Notes: a model not told the origin generated them from the letters alone. A stretch of 64,000 nucleotides of DNA from an uncultured Enterobacteriaceae bacterium (GCA_964509455.1 CAZDXS010000245.1:9392-73391), one strand, 5' to 3'. Positions 1-9,717 are shown, counted from the first letter of the stretch. Numbers and translations: made by a program.

Positions 1-287
1 TCCTCGATGTCGTCGTCCAGGGCGCGCACGCTGACCACCGTCGACTGTTGTCCGAAAGCGGCCGGCGCCAGGGCGACGCCGAGGAGCGCGAGCGCGACCG
101 CAAGTGCGCTTGCGGCGCGGCGCCGACGCGGCGCGGCAACGGCGGTGCGCCAACCAGCCGGTTGCTCGTTGCGGGCCGCGCCCGCCTGCGCCGGCCCGGT
201 GGATTGCGCGGCATCGGTCGCGGTGCTGGACCGCGCTCGAAAACAACGCGAATAGAGAATGCGGATGGAACGATGAACGGCTTTCAT
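1..287 (-). CDS. hypothetical exported protein, N-terminal part only (gene runs off left edge)
   Basis: Minus-strand frame is open from ATG (287-285) to the window edge. Translation MKAVHRSIRILYS...RRRRAASALAVALALLGVALAPAAFGQQ has an Arg-rich region plus a hydrophobic stretch, like a signal peptide. It is absent from the ORF track because there is no in-window stop. Confidence 0.35.
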   Translation of the reverse strand, partial: MKAVHRSIRILYSRCFRARSSTATDAAQSTGPAQAGAARNEQPAGWRTAVAAPRRRRAASALAVALALLGVALAPAAFGQQSTVVSVRALDDDIE

Positions 288-580
288 GCTGTCGTGTTTT
301 GTCATTATATTCACGTAATCCCCGCCCTGACCGCCGCGCACGGCGGTCAGGGGCAACTCAATGAAAAAAGCGCCAATTTATAAAGCATTGTCGGGATTGT
401 AACACGATTTTGGCCGGCCGGCTTTTTTGCGCCATAACTGCGTTGGCGTTGCGCTTTCACTTCGGTCGGCGTATTAGATACACGCCTCCCTTGTTCGGGC
501 GCGCGCCGCCGCGTTCTCACGCAATATCTTGCGCCAGGACTTCAATCAGGCGCCGCCGGCATCATTGGCCGGGGACAGGG

Positions 581-1696
581 TCATTCGGGGGCAACACGAA
601 CCTGTTCATACAATGCCAGGGTGCTGTCCAACATTCGCTCCAGGGTGTAGGTGCGGTTGACGGCGATGGCGGGCGGGGCGGCGAGAAACGCCAGGATCTT
701 CTCGACCACCGCCGCGACATCGCCCGGCGGGACCAGTCCTGCCGGTTGCAGCTCGCCCAGCACTTCCCGGGCGCCGCCGTGGTCGCAGGCGACGACGGGG
801 CGCCCTAGCGCCAGGGCCTCCAGCGCCGTTCTGCCGAAGGCCTCGGGGACGCGCGCCAGGGACAGGACGACGGCGGAGACCGCCAGCACCTCGCGCAGGT
901 CGTTGCGCCGCCCCAGAAACGTTATGTCGCCCGCCAGCCCCCGGGCGGCCGCCAGGCGCCGCAACCGGCGGTAAAAACGGCGGCGCGCCGGGTGGGCGGC
1001 GCCGGCGATGAGTCCGTGCGCATCGGGGTGCGCGCGCTTCACCGCGGCAATGACGTCGATGAAGTCCTCGTGGCCTTTCCAGCGGGTAATGCGCCCCGGC
1101 AAGGTGATGAGCGTCTTGCCCTCCAGGTGCGGGTAGTCGCGGCGCCGCTGCGCCTGCCAGCGCGGGTCGGGAGTGAAGCCCCGGGGGAACTGCCCGGGGT
1201 CAACGCCCCGGGGAATCACCACGACTTTTTCCGGGGACAGTTGCGGGTAGTTGCTGAGCAGGTAGTCGCGGATGAAGCCGGACACGGCGATGACCCGTTG
1301 CCCCCGGGTCATGACGCCGCTGTAGCGGTTGACGCTGTAGGGGCCGTGCGCCGTGGTGATGAACGCCGGGCGGGCGCGGGGGGACATGCCTTTCCACGCC
1401 AGGTAAGCAATCCAGGCCGGCAGGCGCGAGCGGGCGTGCACTATGTCCACCTGCTCGGCCGCCAACAGGCGGCGCAGGCGCCGCACCAACAACAGGGTGA
1501 GCGGGCTTTTCCTGCCGATGGGCCAGTCGTAATGGCGGGCGCCGGCGGCGGTCAGCGCGGCCGCCAGGGAGCCGCCCGCAGAGATCGCCAACGCCCGATG
1601 GCCGCGCCGCACCAGCTCGGCCGCCGTCTCCACGGCGCCCCGCTCCACGCCGCCCGCATCCAGGGCCGGCAGAACTTGCAACACGGTCAGCGGCAC
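581..1696 (-). CDS. glycosyltransferase family 4 (group 1)
   Basis: ORF 581..1846. The N-terminus VLQVLPALDAGGVERG and the C-terminal EAFGRTALEALALGRPVVA motif are typical of GT1/GT4 enzymes. The start was trimmed to GTG at 1696 to avoid overlap with the upstream gene, so the start is uncertain. Confidence 0.8.
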   Translation of the reverse strand: MPLTVLQVLPALDAGGVERGAVETAAELVRRGHRALAISAGGSLAAALTAAGARHYDWPIGRKSPLTLLLVRRLRRLLAAEQVDIVHARSRLPAWIAYLAWKGMSPRARPAFITTAHGPYSVNRYSGVMTRGQRVIAVSGFIRDYLLSNYPQLSPEKVVVIPRGVDPGQFPRGFTPDPRWQAQRRRDYPHLEGKTLITLPGRITRWKGHEDFIDVIAAVKRAHPDAHGLIAGAAHPARRRFYRRLRRLAAARGLAGDITFLGRRNDLREVLAVSAVVLSLARVPEAFGRTALEALALGRPVVACDHGGAREVLGELQPAGLVPPGDVAAVVEKILAFLAAPPAIAVNRTYTLERMLDSTLALYEQVRVAPE

Positions 1697-1727
1697 GGCG
1701 GCGCCGAACCTCGCCTCTGGGCGCCGC

Positions 1728-2735
1728 TCACGGGCGTTGCGGGGCGTCCAGCAAGCCCCGCTCCAACAACAGGTCCGCGCAACGCTCGGCCTCGTCCAGG
1801 GGTTGCGCGGGCGCCGCCAAGCGGCCGCGCTCTTGCCAGTCGGCAAAAGAAGACGCGAGACGCTCTTGCAACAACTGTTCTAGGGCGCGGCGCAGGCGAC
1901 CCGTGGTTTTTCCCGCCGCCGGCAACAGGCCCACGCGGCAACCCGCGGTCAGCGCCTCGTAAATCATGGAAATGCTGTCCTCGCTCACCCAGGCGTCGCC
2001 GGCGCGGGCCAACTCGCCCGCCAACCAGTCCGGCGCCTGTTCGCGCCAAGGCGCCGTGACCACGGCGGCGGAGCGCAACTCGTCCAGCCGGGCGGCCAGC
2101 GCGGCGGGCGTGCGCGGCGAAGCTGCTACGATCCAGCGGTTGCAACCGGCGGCGGCCACTACCTGCCGAATGCAGGAAAACAGGAGGTCCGCGTCAAAAT
2201 CGCAACGGCGGGACGGCCCGCCCACGAGCACCAGGCCTCGCTCCGGCTGGTGGTCCCGCCCCGGGCGCATCGCGGTGACGGCCCCGCGCGTAGGGATGAC
2301 GTTGGCGCGGGCGGGCGGGTTGTCGTGGCGCGGCGCCAGGCAGTAATCGAACCACGCCAGGGGCAGGCTGGGGCGCATCAGCACCACGGTTTTCGCGCGG
2401 CAGGCGCGGCCTGCGGCCAGCATGGGCAGGTGGGTGCCATGGCCGGCGCCGATGACGACTCGCGGCGGCGGCAACTGCCGCGCCCAGCCGCGGCGGCCGG
2501 TCAGCCAGGTCTGCAGGGACGCCCAGGGCGGCGGAATCTCCACCCGGTGCGTCTCCAGGCGCGCGCGGCGCCCCAGGGCGTTGATAAGGCCGGTGGACTG
2601 GTTCAGATGTCCCCGTTTGCCGTCGACCAGCTGCCAGACGACGACCGGCTTCGCATCGTCCCGGGGTTGGGCGCCGCAACGCAACGGGCTCAGGCGGCGG
2701 CTTCCAAAGTGAACTCCGTGCCGCAGTAGGGGCAT
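1728..2735 (-). CDS. ELM1/DUF1022-family protein (mitochondrial fission ELM1-like, putative LPS/sugar-related)
   Basis: ORF 1728..2789. VVVWQLVDGKRGHLNQSTGLINAL resembles the ELM1-family N-terminus. The start is uncertain (ATG 2735 or GTG 2714). Confidence 0.65.
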   Translation of the reverse strand: MPLLRHGVHFGSRRLSPLRCGAQPRDDAKPVVVWQLVDGKRGHLNQSTGLINALGRRARLETHRVEIPPPWASLQTWLTGRRGWARQLPPPRVVIGAGHGTHLPMLAAGRACRAKTVVLMRPSLPLAWFDYCLAPRHDNPPARANVIPTRGAVTAMRPGRDHQPERGLVLVGGPSRRCDFDADLLFSCIRQVVAAAGCNRWIVAASPRTPAALAARLDELRSAAVVTAPWREQAPDWLAGELARAGDAWVSEDSISMIYEALTAGCRVGLLPAAGKTTGRLRRALEQLLQERLASSFADWQERGRLAAPAQPLDEAERCADLLLERGLLDAPQRP

Positions 2736-2887
2736 TTCGCCCGCCCCGTCTCCTCTATGGGCAAATACACTCGCGGGTGGGAGTTCCACAGGCTCATGTC
2801 CGGCAACGGGCAGTGCAGCGGCAGGTCCCGGGCGGTGACCGCGTACTGCGTCCTGTCGCAGGGCGTGTTGTCTCCAGACTTCTTCAT
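2690..2887 (-). CDS. zinc-finger (zf-CHCC type) domain protein
   Basis: The translation ends ...LPLHCPLPDMSLWNSHPRVYLPIEETGRAKCPYCGTEFTLE. The internal ATG at 2887 forms an ATGA overlap with the ilvE stop. Confidence 0.75.
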   Translation of the reverse strand: MKKSGDNTPCDRTQYAVTARDLPLHCPLPDMSLWNSHPRVYLPIEETGRAKCPYCGTEFTLEAAA

Positions 2888-3834
2888 GCCCGGCGCCGCT
2901 CCTCGACGGGCTCTTGCACCCAGGTCAGCCATTCCCGGCAGCGGGCGCCGCGCCCGGCCGCCAGCTCGAAAAACGCGGACTGCAGGCGCTCGGTCAGGGG
3001 GCCGCGAGCGCCGTCGCCGATGATCCGCCGGTCCAGCTCGACGATGGGGGTCACCTCGGCCGCGGTGCCGGTGAAAAACGCCTCGTCCGCTATGCAGACC
3101 TCGTCCCGAGTCAGGCGTTTTTCCCGCACTTCAAGGCCCATGTCTCGCGCCAGGGTCATAATGCTGTCCCGGGTCACCCCTTCCAGCACCGCGGCAGTCT
3201 CCGGCGTATACAACACGCCGTCCCGCGCGATGAAAAGGTTCTCGCCGCTGCCCTCGGCCACGTAGCCGTCGTTGTCCAGCAACAGGGCCTCGTCGTACCC
3301 GCAATCCAGCGCTTCTTGCAACGCCAGCATGGAGTTGACGTAATGCCCGTTGACCTTGGCCTTGCACATGACGGCGTTCACGTGGTGGCGGGTGTAGGAG
3401 GAAGTCTTGACGCGAATGCCCTGCTCTAAGCTGTCTCCTCCCAGGTAGGCGCCCCATTCCCAGGCGGCGACCGCCGTGTGCGTTTTCAGGTTGTCCGCCC
3501 GCAGTCCCATGCCCTCGGGGCCGTAGAAGCACACGGGGCGGATGTAGGCTGACTCCAGTTGATTCTCGCGCACCACGTCAATGCAGGCCTGGTTGACCGC
3601 CTCCATGCTGTGGGGGATGTTCATTCTCAGAATGTGCGCCGAGCGAAACAAGCGGTGGGTGTGTTCCGGCAGGCGGAAGACGGCCGCCCCCGCCGGCGTT
3701 TCGTAAGCGCGCAGGCCTTCGAACACGCCCATGCCGTAGTGCAAGGTGTGAGTCAGTACGTGGACCCTGGCTTCGCGCCAGGGGACCAGCTCGCCGTCAA
3801 ACCAGATGACCCCGTCGCGGTCAGCCATTGTCAT
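2884..3834 (-). CDS. ilvE: branched-chain amino acid aminotransferase
   Basis: 316 aa. GVIWFDGELVPWREARVHVLTHTLHYGMGVFEGLRAY and the rest of the sequence match class IV aminotransferase IlvE. Confidence 0.95.
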   Translation of the reverse strand: MTMADRDGVIWFDGELVPWREARVHVLTHTLHYGMGVFEGLRAYETPAGAAVFRLPEHTHRLFRSAHILRMNIPHSMEAVNQACIDVVRENQLESAYIRPVCFYGPEGMGLRADNLKTHTAVAAWEWGAYLGGDSLEQGIRVKTSSYTRHHVNAVMCKAKVNGHYVNSMLALQEALDCGYDEALLLDNDGYVAEGSGENLFIARDGVLYTPETAAVLEGVTRDSIMTLARDMGLEVREKRLTRDEVCIADEAFFTGTAAEVTPIVELDRRIIGDGARGPLTERLQSAFFELAAGRGARCREWLTWVQEPVEERRRA

Positions 3835-4236
3835 GGAAAATACTCTCCGGTTGTTCCTATTGCGTTAAACATTCGTGGTAAAAACCCGCCGGCGGCGGAT
3901 GTGCTGGTGCGCGGGCGCCCCGGTGGTAATGCCTGCCGGCAACGTGCACTCGGCCCGCGAGAGTTCCCCGCCGGCGACGCCGGCCGGCGACACGCGCCCT
4001 CCCAGCGGCACCCCAGAGGCGACATCCCGCCGGCGGCACGCACCCCACAAGCGATGCCCAGAGGCAACGCTCCGGGCGCAATACTGCCTATTGTCGTTGG
4101 AAAGCAGGCCGCTGTCAAAATATAATATACTGGGCGCTCAACCGGCAACGCAACGCGGGCGCGGCATTCGGCCGGCAGCCCGCCCCTTTATCGGCGCGCG
4201 GGCGCACGAGAACATTAGACGCGAGGGCATTACACC

Positions 4237-4635
4237 ATGGTAAAAGAAGTCTCGCCGCAACAGGCCTGGCAAATATTGCAAGAGGAGCCGGGGGCCGTGT
4301 TGCTGGACGTGCGCTCCCGGATGGAGTTTGACTACGTGGGACACCCTGTCGGCGCCGTCAACATTCCCTTGCAAGACCCGCCGGGCGCGGACAATGACCC
4401 GGCGTTCGCGGACAAGGCGGCGGCGCAACTGGGCGCGGCCGCCAAGACGACGCCGGTGCTGGCGCTGTGCCGCAGCGGGCAACGCTCCATGGCCGCGGCG
4501 CAACTGCTGGAGCAGGCCGGGTTCCAGCGCGTGGTGAACATAGCCCAGGGTTTCGAGGGGGACCGGGACGAGCGCGGACAGCGCGGGCATCTGGGCGGCT
4601 GGCGCTTTCACGGCCTGCCTTGGGAGCAGACCTGA
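4237..4635 (+). CDS. rhodanese-like sulfurtransferase domain protein
   Basis: 132 aa. It has the AVLLDVRSRMEFDYVGHPVGAVNIP and LCRSGQRS active-site-loop pattern of single-domain rhodaneses. Confidence 0.85.
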   Translation: MVKEVSPQQAWQILQEEPGAVLLDVRSRMEFDYVGHPVGAVNIPLQDPPGADNDPAFADKAAAQLGAAAKTTPVLALCRSGQRSMAAAQLLEQAGFQRVVNIAQGFEGDRDERGQRGHLGGWRFHGLPWEQT

Positions 4636-4664
4636 GCGCCGGGCAACCCGCTCCGCTCATTCAA

Positions 4665-4849
4665 GGCGCCGGTGCCGGCGCTGTGTCGCAGCGGGCAACG
4701 TGCCATGGCCGCGGCGCAACTGCTGGAGCAGGCCGGGTTCCAGCGCGTGGTGAACATAGCCCAGGGCTTCGATGGGGCGGGACGAACGCGCACAGCGCGA
4801 CCGTCTGGGCGGCCGGCGCTTTCACGGCCTACCCTGGGAGCAGACCTGA
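4665..4849 (+). pseudogene. duplicated, frameshifted 3' fragment of the rhodanese gene
   Basis: Nucleotides 4665-4880 repeat 4449-4664 at a 216-bp offset. The fragment translates LCRSGQRAMAAAQLLEQAGFQRVVNIAQGF and then loses frame. Track ORF 4672..5097 is this fragment. Confidence 0.8.
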
Positions 4850-4916
4850 GTGCCTGGCAACCCGCGCAACCAAGGCAACCCGAGCGTCCGTTCAACCACA
4901 GCGCCTGGCAGCCCGC

Positions 4917-6140
4917 TCAGCCGCGGCGTCCCGGGGCTCCGTACACCCGCCGACTCTCGAATACCCGGGCGCTGAAACGGCGGCCGCCGCTGTGCAACAG
5001 GCGGTTCAGCATGAAACTGAACAGAATGGGGTTGTGGGGGCGCACCCGGTCCAGCACCGCCGCCTCGGCGGCGGTAATCAGCCCTTTTCTTTTGTAGCGG
5101 TTCAGGGGAAACAGCGGGATGACCCCGGGCAGGGGGTAATCGGAGCCGTGTATCAACCGGTGACGCCAGTCCTCGGTCTCCAGCAGCGTCCGCACCACGG
5201 AACCGGGGCGGTTGAGCATGGTGACCGCCGAGATTTCGCCAAACAGTTTCCCCCGGTAGCGCTCCTCGTTCATCAGGCGCGCGAACAGGCTGAAGTTGCT
5301 GCGCCGCGGGCCGTTGGCGCCCTGGTCCAGGTCGCGCCCCTTGCCCAGGGAGGCGCAGTGCGCCACCACCACCGTAACGCCGTGGTCCAGGGGGCGGCGC
5401 AACAGCAGGGGGTTGCCGAAGTCCTGGCGCTCGCTGCCAAACACGGCTTTTTCATCACCGGCATGGGTCAGCAGGGGGATGTCGGCGGCGGCCATGGCCG
5501 CGTAAAACCCATCGCAACGGGGGGCGCCGGGGTCCATCCCCATGACCGGCGGCAACCATTTCACAGCGCGGGCGCCGCCTTCCACGGCGCGGGCCAGGGC
5601 TTCCTCGGCGTCTTCGCGGTACGGATGGATGGACGCCACCCACTCAAAATGCTCGGGATACTGCCGGTGCAACTGCGCGGCCAGCTCGTTGGGGACGTAA
5701 AATGCGCTGCGGTCCAAGCGGCGTTGTCCGGCCTCGTCGTAACTGTAGTCAAACGCCAGCAACATGAAGCGGCTCCCCTCGGGGAACGCCTGTTTCATGA
5801 CCAGCAACCGGTCCAGGAAACTCTGGTCAATGTTGCCTTCTACCGCGCAAGCGGCGTTCAGGTAGAACCGCACCAGCGCGTTTTGCACCGGGTGCTTGAA
5901 ACTGCGCCAGCGCGGGCTCAGCCAGATGCCGTTGCCGCTGTCGCCGGTGCCCAGCAGGTGCACGTGGCCGTCCCACACCAAGTCGGCGCGCAACCCGGTG
6001 AATGCATGGCGCACCAGCTCGTGGGCCGCCAGGTCGGCCGGCAGCTGCGGCGGCTCGCAGGGGTTGAACAGCCTGGGCCCTAAGCGGCAACCGGAGGCGC
6101 CCAGGGCGGCGGCCGCGGCCAGGAAGTTACGCCGGCGCAT
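4917..6140 (-). CDS. amidohydrolase-family protein with Tat/lipoprotein-type signal
   Basis: 407 aa. The N-terminus MRRRNFLAAAAALGASGC shows a twin-Arg motif plus a lipobox Cys. The HVHLLG and DYPLP motifs fit a metal-dependent hydrolase fold. Confidence 0.75.
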   Translation of the reverse strand: MRRRNFLAAAAALGASGCRLGPRLFNPCEPPQLPADLAAHELVRHAFTGLRADLVWDGHVHLLGTGDSGNGIWLSPRWRSFKHPVQNALVRFYLNAACAVEGNIDQSFLDRLLVMKQAFPEGSRFMLLAFDYSYDEAGQRRLDRSAFYVPNELAAQLHRQYPEHFEWVASIHPYREDAEEALARAVEGGARAVKWLPPVMGMDPGAPRCDGFYAAMAAADIPLLTHAGDEKAVFGSERQDFGNPLLLRRPLDHGVTVVVAHCASLGKGRDLDQGANGPRRSNFSLFARLMNEERYRGKLFGEISAVTMLNRPGSVVRTLLETEDWRHRLIHGSDYPLPGVIPLFPLNRYKRKGLITAAEAAVLDRVRPHNPILFSFMLNRLLHSGGRRFSARVFESRRVYGAPGRRG

Positions 6141-6172
6141 GGGCGCACGCGCGGCGGCGGCCCGAACCGTCT

Positions 6173-6325
6173 GGCGGCACCGGGTCTCGCGTTCTCAATA
6201 ATGTCACGGGTGAAGTCATGGGCAAAATCATCAGCAAGGTCACAGGAGGCGGTCCCCGGACGCCGTGGTCAGCATGGCGGCGCCGGGTCTCGCAGGCTCA
6301 ACAATGTCACGGGCGAAGTCATGGA
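6173..6325. repeat. two ~49-bp direct repeats 104 bp apart
   Basis: ggcggcaccgggtctcgcgttctcaataatgtcacgggtgaagtcatgg (6173-6221) recurs as ggcggcgccgggtctcgcaggctcaacaatgtcacgggcgaagtcatgg (6277-6325). Confidence 0.8.
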
Positions 6326-6347
6326 AGTCGGCGTCAGGGCGTCGCGC

Positions 6348-7115
6348 TCAGCGGCCGCCGCTCTCCGCCTCGGGGGCGTCCTCGCGGCCGCGAGCGGCGA
6401 TGCGTCCCAACACCAGTCCCAGCTCGAACAGCAACCACACGGGCAGGGCCAGCAACACCTGGGAGATGATGTCCGGCGGGGTCAGCAACATGCCCGCCGT
6501 GAAAGCGCCGACTATTATATAGGGCCGCTTGCGCGCCAGCGAGTCCACGGAGGAGACGCCCGTCCACACCAGCAGGATGATGGCAATGGGTACCTCGAAA
6601 GCAAGCCCGAAGGCAAAGAACATTTTGAGGATGAAGTTCAGGTAATGGCCGATGTCGGTCATCATGGCGACCCCGTCCGGCGCCACTGACGCCAGGAACC
6701 CGAACAGCAGGGGGAACACGGCAAAAAAGGCGAACGCATTGCCCAGGTAAAACAACACCACGCTGCTGGCGACCAGCGGCAACACCAGGCGCCGCTCATT
6801 CTCGTAGAGGCCCGGCGCCACGAACGCCCAGCCCTGGTACAACAGGTAGGGCATGCAGACCAGCACGGCAGCGCAGAAAGCCAGCTTGAAAGGCACCAGG
6901 AACGGCGCCGCCACCTCGGTGGCGATCATCCCCCCGCTTGCCGGCAGCTGCGCCAGCAGGGGGGCGGCGACCAGGGCGTAGATGTCGCCGGCGAACAGGC
7001 TGAGCCCCAGGAACACGACAAACACGCATGCCAAGCACCGCAACAGGCGCCCGCGCAACTCGGCCAGGTGGGCAATGAGGGGTTGCTCGGAATCAGCGGC
7101 GGGAGCGGTCGGCAT
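6348..7115 (-). CDS. tatC: twin-arginine translocase subunit TatC
   Basis: 255 aa polytopic membrane protein. The N-terminus QPLIAHLAELRGRLL is the TatC signature. Confidence 0.95.
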   Translation of the reverse strand: MPTAPAADSEQPLIAHLAELRGRLLRCLACVFVVFLGLSLFAGDIYALVAAPLLAQLPASGGMIATEVAAPFLVPFKLAFCAAVLVCMPYLLYQGWAFVAPGLYENERRLVLPLVASSVVLFYLGNAFAFFAVFPLLFGFLASVAPDGVAMMTDIGHYLNFILKMFFAFGLAFEVPIAIILLVWTGVSSVDSLARKRPYIIVGAFTAGMLLTPPDIISQVLLALPVWLLFELGLVLGRIAARGREDAPEAESGGR

Positions 7116-7119
7116 CAGG

Positions 7120-7500
7120 CGCCCTGCCCGTGGTTTGAGCGTGCCGCGGCGTCCTGCCCGTGGCTTGAGCGTGCAGAGGCGCCCCGGCCGGCCGCAGGAA
7201 ACGCCGCACCCCGGCGGCCGGGTTCCCAGAATGATTGACCGGCAGGTGCGGCGACCGGCCCGTGGTTTGAGTGCGCAGAGACGCCCTGCCCGTGGTTCGA
7301 ACGTGCGGCGGCACCCCGTCCGGCCGCAAGGAACGCACGGCGGCGGCCGGGTTCCCAGAAAGATTGACCGGCAAGCGCGGCGCCCTGCCCGTGGTTTGAG
7401 CGCACAGAAGCGCCGCGGCCGGCCGCGGGGGAACGCGCCCCCGCCAGCGACAACCGCCTGTTGCCGGGGCGAGCGGGGAAGACGCCTATCATGGGCGGGG
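7120..7500. repeat. ~129-bp tandem array (about 3 units) filling the tatB-tatC spacer
   Basis: ggcggccgggttcccagaatgattgaccggca at 7213 recurs at 7342 (offset 129). The sub-motif gccctgcccgtggtttgagcg occurs about 5 times. Confidence 0.85.
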
Positions 7501-7511
7501 GACGACCCGCC

Positions 7512-7778
7512 TCAGGACTTGCCGGAGCGAGCGTCATCATCCTTGTCGGGGGCGATGTCCATCAGCGTGTCCACGTCCTGGATTTTCTCGGAGAAGTCTT
7601 TCATCTCGTCCAGGCGCAACTGCTGCTCGAACTCGTAGCGGGTCTGCGCGATGACGCGGCGCACCCTCGCCGCCCAGCGGCCCGCGTCCCGCACCAGCCC
7701 CGGCAGTTTTTCCGGGCCCGCCGCCAGCAGGGCGACCACGGCAATGACCAGCAACTCCCAGAAGCCGATGTCGAACAC
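7512..7778 (-). CDS. tatB: twin-arginine translocase subunit TatB
   Basis: MFDIGFWELLVIAVVALLAAGPEKLP is the TatA/B-family N-terminus. The gene sits between tatA and tatC. Confidence 0.9.
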   Translation of the reverse strand: MFDIGFWELLVIAVVALLAAGPEKLPGLVRDAGRWAARVRRVIAQTRYEFEQQLRLDEMKDFSEKIQDVDTLMDIAPDKDDDARSGKS

Positions 7779-7795
7779 GGGTTGCGCCCGCCGCC

Positions 7796-8029
7796 TCAGG
7801 AGTCGGGCTGCTTTGCCGGGCGGTCTTGTTCCACCTCGCCGTCGATGACCTGGCCGTCGGCGGAATTCTCCGCCGGCGCCTCCTTGTCGGGTGCGTCGTC
7901 TTTCATTGCGTTGCGAAAGCCTTTTATCGCATTGCCCAGGTCGCCCCCCATGGAGCCCAGTTTCCTGGTGCCGAACAACAGCGCGACAATCAGCAGGATG
8001 ATGCCCAGTTCCCAGATGCCAAAACTCAT
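7796..8029 (-). CDS. tatA: twin-arginine translocase subunit TatA
   Basis: [42 protein letters not shown] is a canonical TatA sequence. Confidence 0.92.
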   Translation of the reverse strand: MSFGIWELGIILLIVALLFGTRKLGSMGGDLGNAIKGFRNAMKDDAPDKEAPAENSADGQVIDGEVEQDRPAKQPDS

Positions 8030-8124
8030 AACGTGCGTGCCTCCGCTTGAATGCGTTCAGGGTAGATTATACGCCTTATCCGCCCGCCGTTGCACTGCCT
8101 TTGCGCCGGCGGGCGGGCGCCTGC

Positions 8125-8445
8125 TCACTTCTTTCGGGCGGCTTTTTCCTCGTGGCCGGAGACGCCGAAGCGCCGTTCCAGCTCCGCCAGCACTCGGGCG
8201 GGATGAACATCCAAGTGCGCCAACAATATCAGGGTGTGGAACCACAGGTCTGCGGTTTCGTGCACGACGGCGTCCGCGTTCAGGTCGGCGGCGCTGGCCG
8301 CTTCCGCCAGCTCGCCCGCCTCCTCCGCCACTTTCTCCAGGATGGCCGGCGTCCCGCGTGCGTACAGGGAAGCCGTGTAGGACTTGTCGGGGGCGGCGCG
8401 GCGGCGCTCTCTCAGCACTTCCGCCAGTTCTTCCACTATGCTCAT
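8125..8445 (-). CDS. hisE: phosphoribosyl-ATP pyrophosphatase
   Basis: 106 aa. SYTASLYARGTPAILEKVAEEAGELAEA...ETADLWFHTLILL matches HisE. Confidence 0.9.
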   Translation of the reverse strand: MSIVEELAEVLRERRRAAPDKSYTASLYARGTPAILEKVAEEAGELAEAASAADLNADAVVHETADLWFHTLILLAHLDVHPARVLAELERRFGVSGHEEKAARKK

Positions 8446-8514
8446 GGTTGTCTCCCGCCAGGGGGCGGTCCGTTGCCCGCCGCCGTTGCCGCGCCCCGCC
8501 GGACGCCGCGCAGG

Positions 8515-8931
8515 TTACTTATCAGAATCGCCATAGATGGCAACCGGGTCCTTGACGACGGGGTCCGCCTCCTCCCAGCCCGCCGCCGTTTTGCGCAGAA
8601 AAAAGCAGCTGGGGCGCCCGGTGTGGCAGGCGATGCCGCCGTCCTGCTCCACCAGCAACAACACGGCGTCGGCGTCGCAGTCCAGGCGTATTTCCCGCAC
8701 TTTCTGAACATGGCCGGACTGCTCGCCCTTGCGCCACAGCGCTTGGCGGGACCGGGACCAGTAAACGGCGCGGCCCTCCTCCCAGGTGAGCCGCAGGGCC
8801 TCGCGGTTCATCCATGCCAGCGTCAGCACGCGGCCGCCGCCGTGTTCCTGGGCGATGGCGGGAACCAGCCCCTCCGCGCTCCACTGGACGCGGTCCAGCC
8901 AGGCGGCCTGGTTGTCGGCGGCGCGGGACAC
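8515..8931 (-). CDS. hisI: phosphoribosyl-AMP cyclohydrolase
   Basis: [26 protein letters not shown]...[22 protein letters not shown]...DCDADAVLL...CHTG matches HisI. Confidence 0.92.
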   Translation of the reverse strand: MSRAADNQAAWLDRVQWSAEGLVPAIAQEHGGGRVLTLAWMNREALRLTWEEGRAVYWSRSRQALWRKGEQSGHVQKVREIRLDCDADAVLLLVEQDGGIACHTGRPSCFFLRKTAAGWEEADPVVKDPVAIYGDSDK

Positions 8932-8934
8932 GGC

Positions 8935-9708
8935 TCACATCCTCACCGGCAGGCGGTGCGCCGCCAGTGCCTGTTTCGCTTCCGCCACGGTGTGCCTGCC
9001 GAAGTGGAAAATGCTGGCCGCCAGCACCGCGTCGGCTTTCCCTTCGGTGACGCCTTCCACCAAGTGGCGCAACTCGCCGACACCGCCGGAGGCGATGACT
9101 GGAATCGGCACGGCAGTGCTGACCGCCCGGGTCAGGGGCAGGTCGAAGCCGTTGCAGGCGCCGTCCCGGTCCATGCTGGTCAGCAACAGCTCGCCGGCGC
9201 CGGCGGCGGCCATTCGCCGCGCCCAGTCCACGGCGTCAACGCCGGTGGCGCGCCGCCCGCCATGGGTGAACACCTGCCAGGCCGGCACCGCATCGGGGGC
9301 GCTGACTTGCTTGGCGTCCAGGGCCACGACAATGCACTGGGAGCCGAATTCCCGGGCGGCATCGCGCACGAATTCCGGGTTTTCCAGCGCCGCCGTGTTG
9401 ATGCTGATCTTGTCGGCGCCGGCGTTCAACAGGCGGCGAATGTCCTCCAGGGAGCGGATGCCGCCGCCCACGGTCAGGGGAATGAACACCTGGTCCGCCA
9501 CGGACTCCACCACCTCCTGCATGGTGTCCCGGCCCTCGTTGCTGGCGGTGATGTCGAGAAAGACCAGCTCGTCGGCGCCCTGCTCGTCATAGCCGCGCGC
9601 CGCCGCCACCGGGTCGCCTGCGTCCGTGATGTTGACGAACTGAACGCCCTTGACCACCCGGCCGGCGTCCACGTCCAGGCAGGGGATGATGCGTTTCGCC
9701 AGTCCCAT
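8935..9708 (-). CDS. hisF: imidazole glycerol phosphate synthase cyclase subunit
   Basis: [24 protein letters not shown]...[12 protein letters not shown] is canonical HisF. Confidence 0.96.
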   Translation of the reverse strand: MGLAKRIIPCLDVDAGRVVKGVQFVNITDAGDPVAAARGYDEQGADELVFLDITASNEGRDTMQEVVESVADQVFIPLTVGGGIRSLEDIRRLLNAGADKISINTAALENPEFVRDAAREFGSQCIVVALDAKQVSAPDAVPAWQVFTHGGRRATGVDAVDWARRMAAAGAGELLLTSMDRDGACNGFDLPLTRAVSTAVPIPVIASGGVGELRHLVEGVTEGKADAVLAASIFHFGRHTVAEAKQALAAHRLPVRM

Positions 9709-9717
9709 GGCGTATTT

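Noticed and set aside
4672-5097. 141-aa ORF downstream of the rhodanese gene as a separate gene.
   Set aside because: Its first ~30 codons are the duplicated rhodanese 3' fragment, after which the frame is lost and the translation becomes repeat-driven. It also overlaps the convergent amidohydrolase gene.
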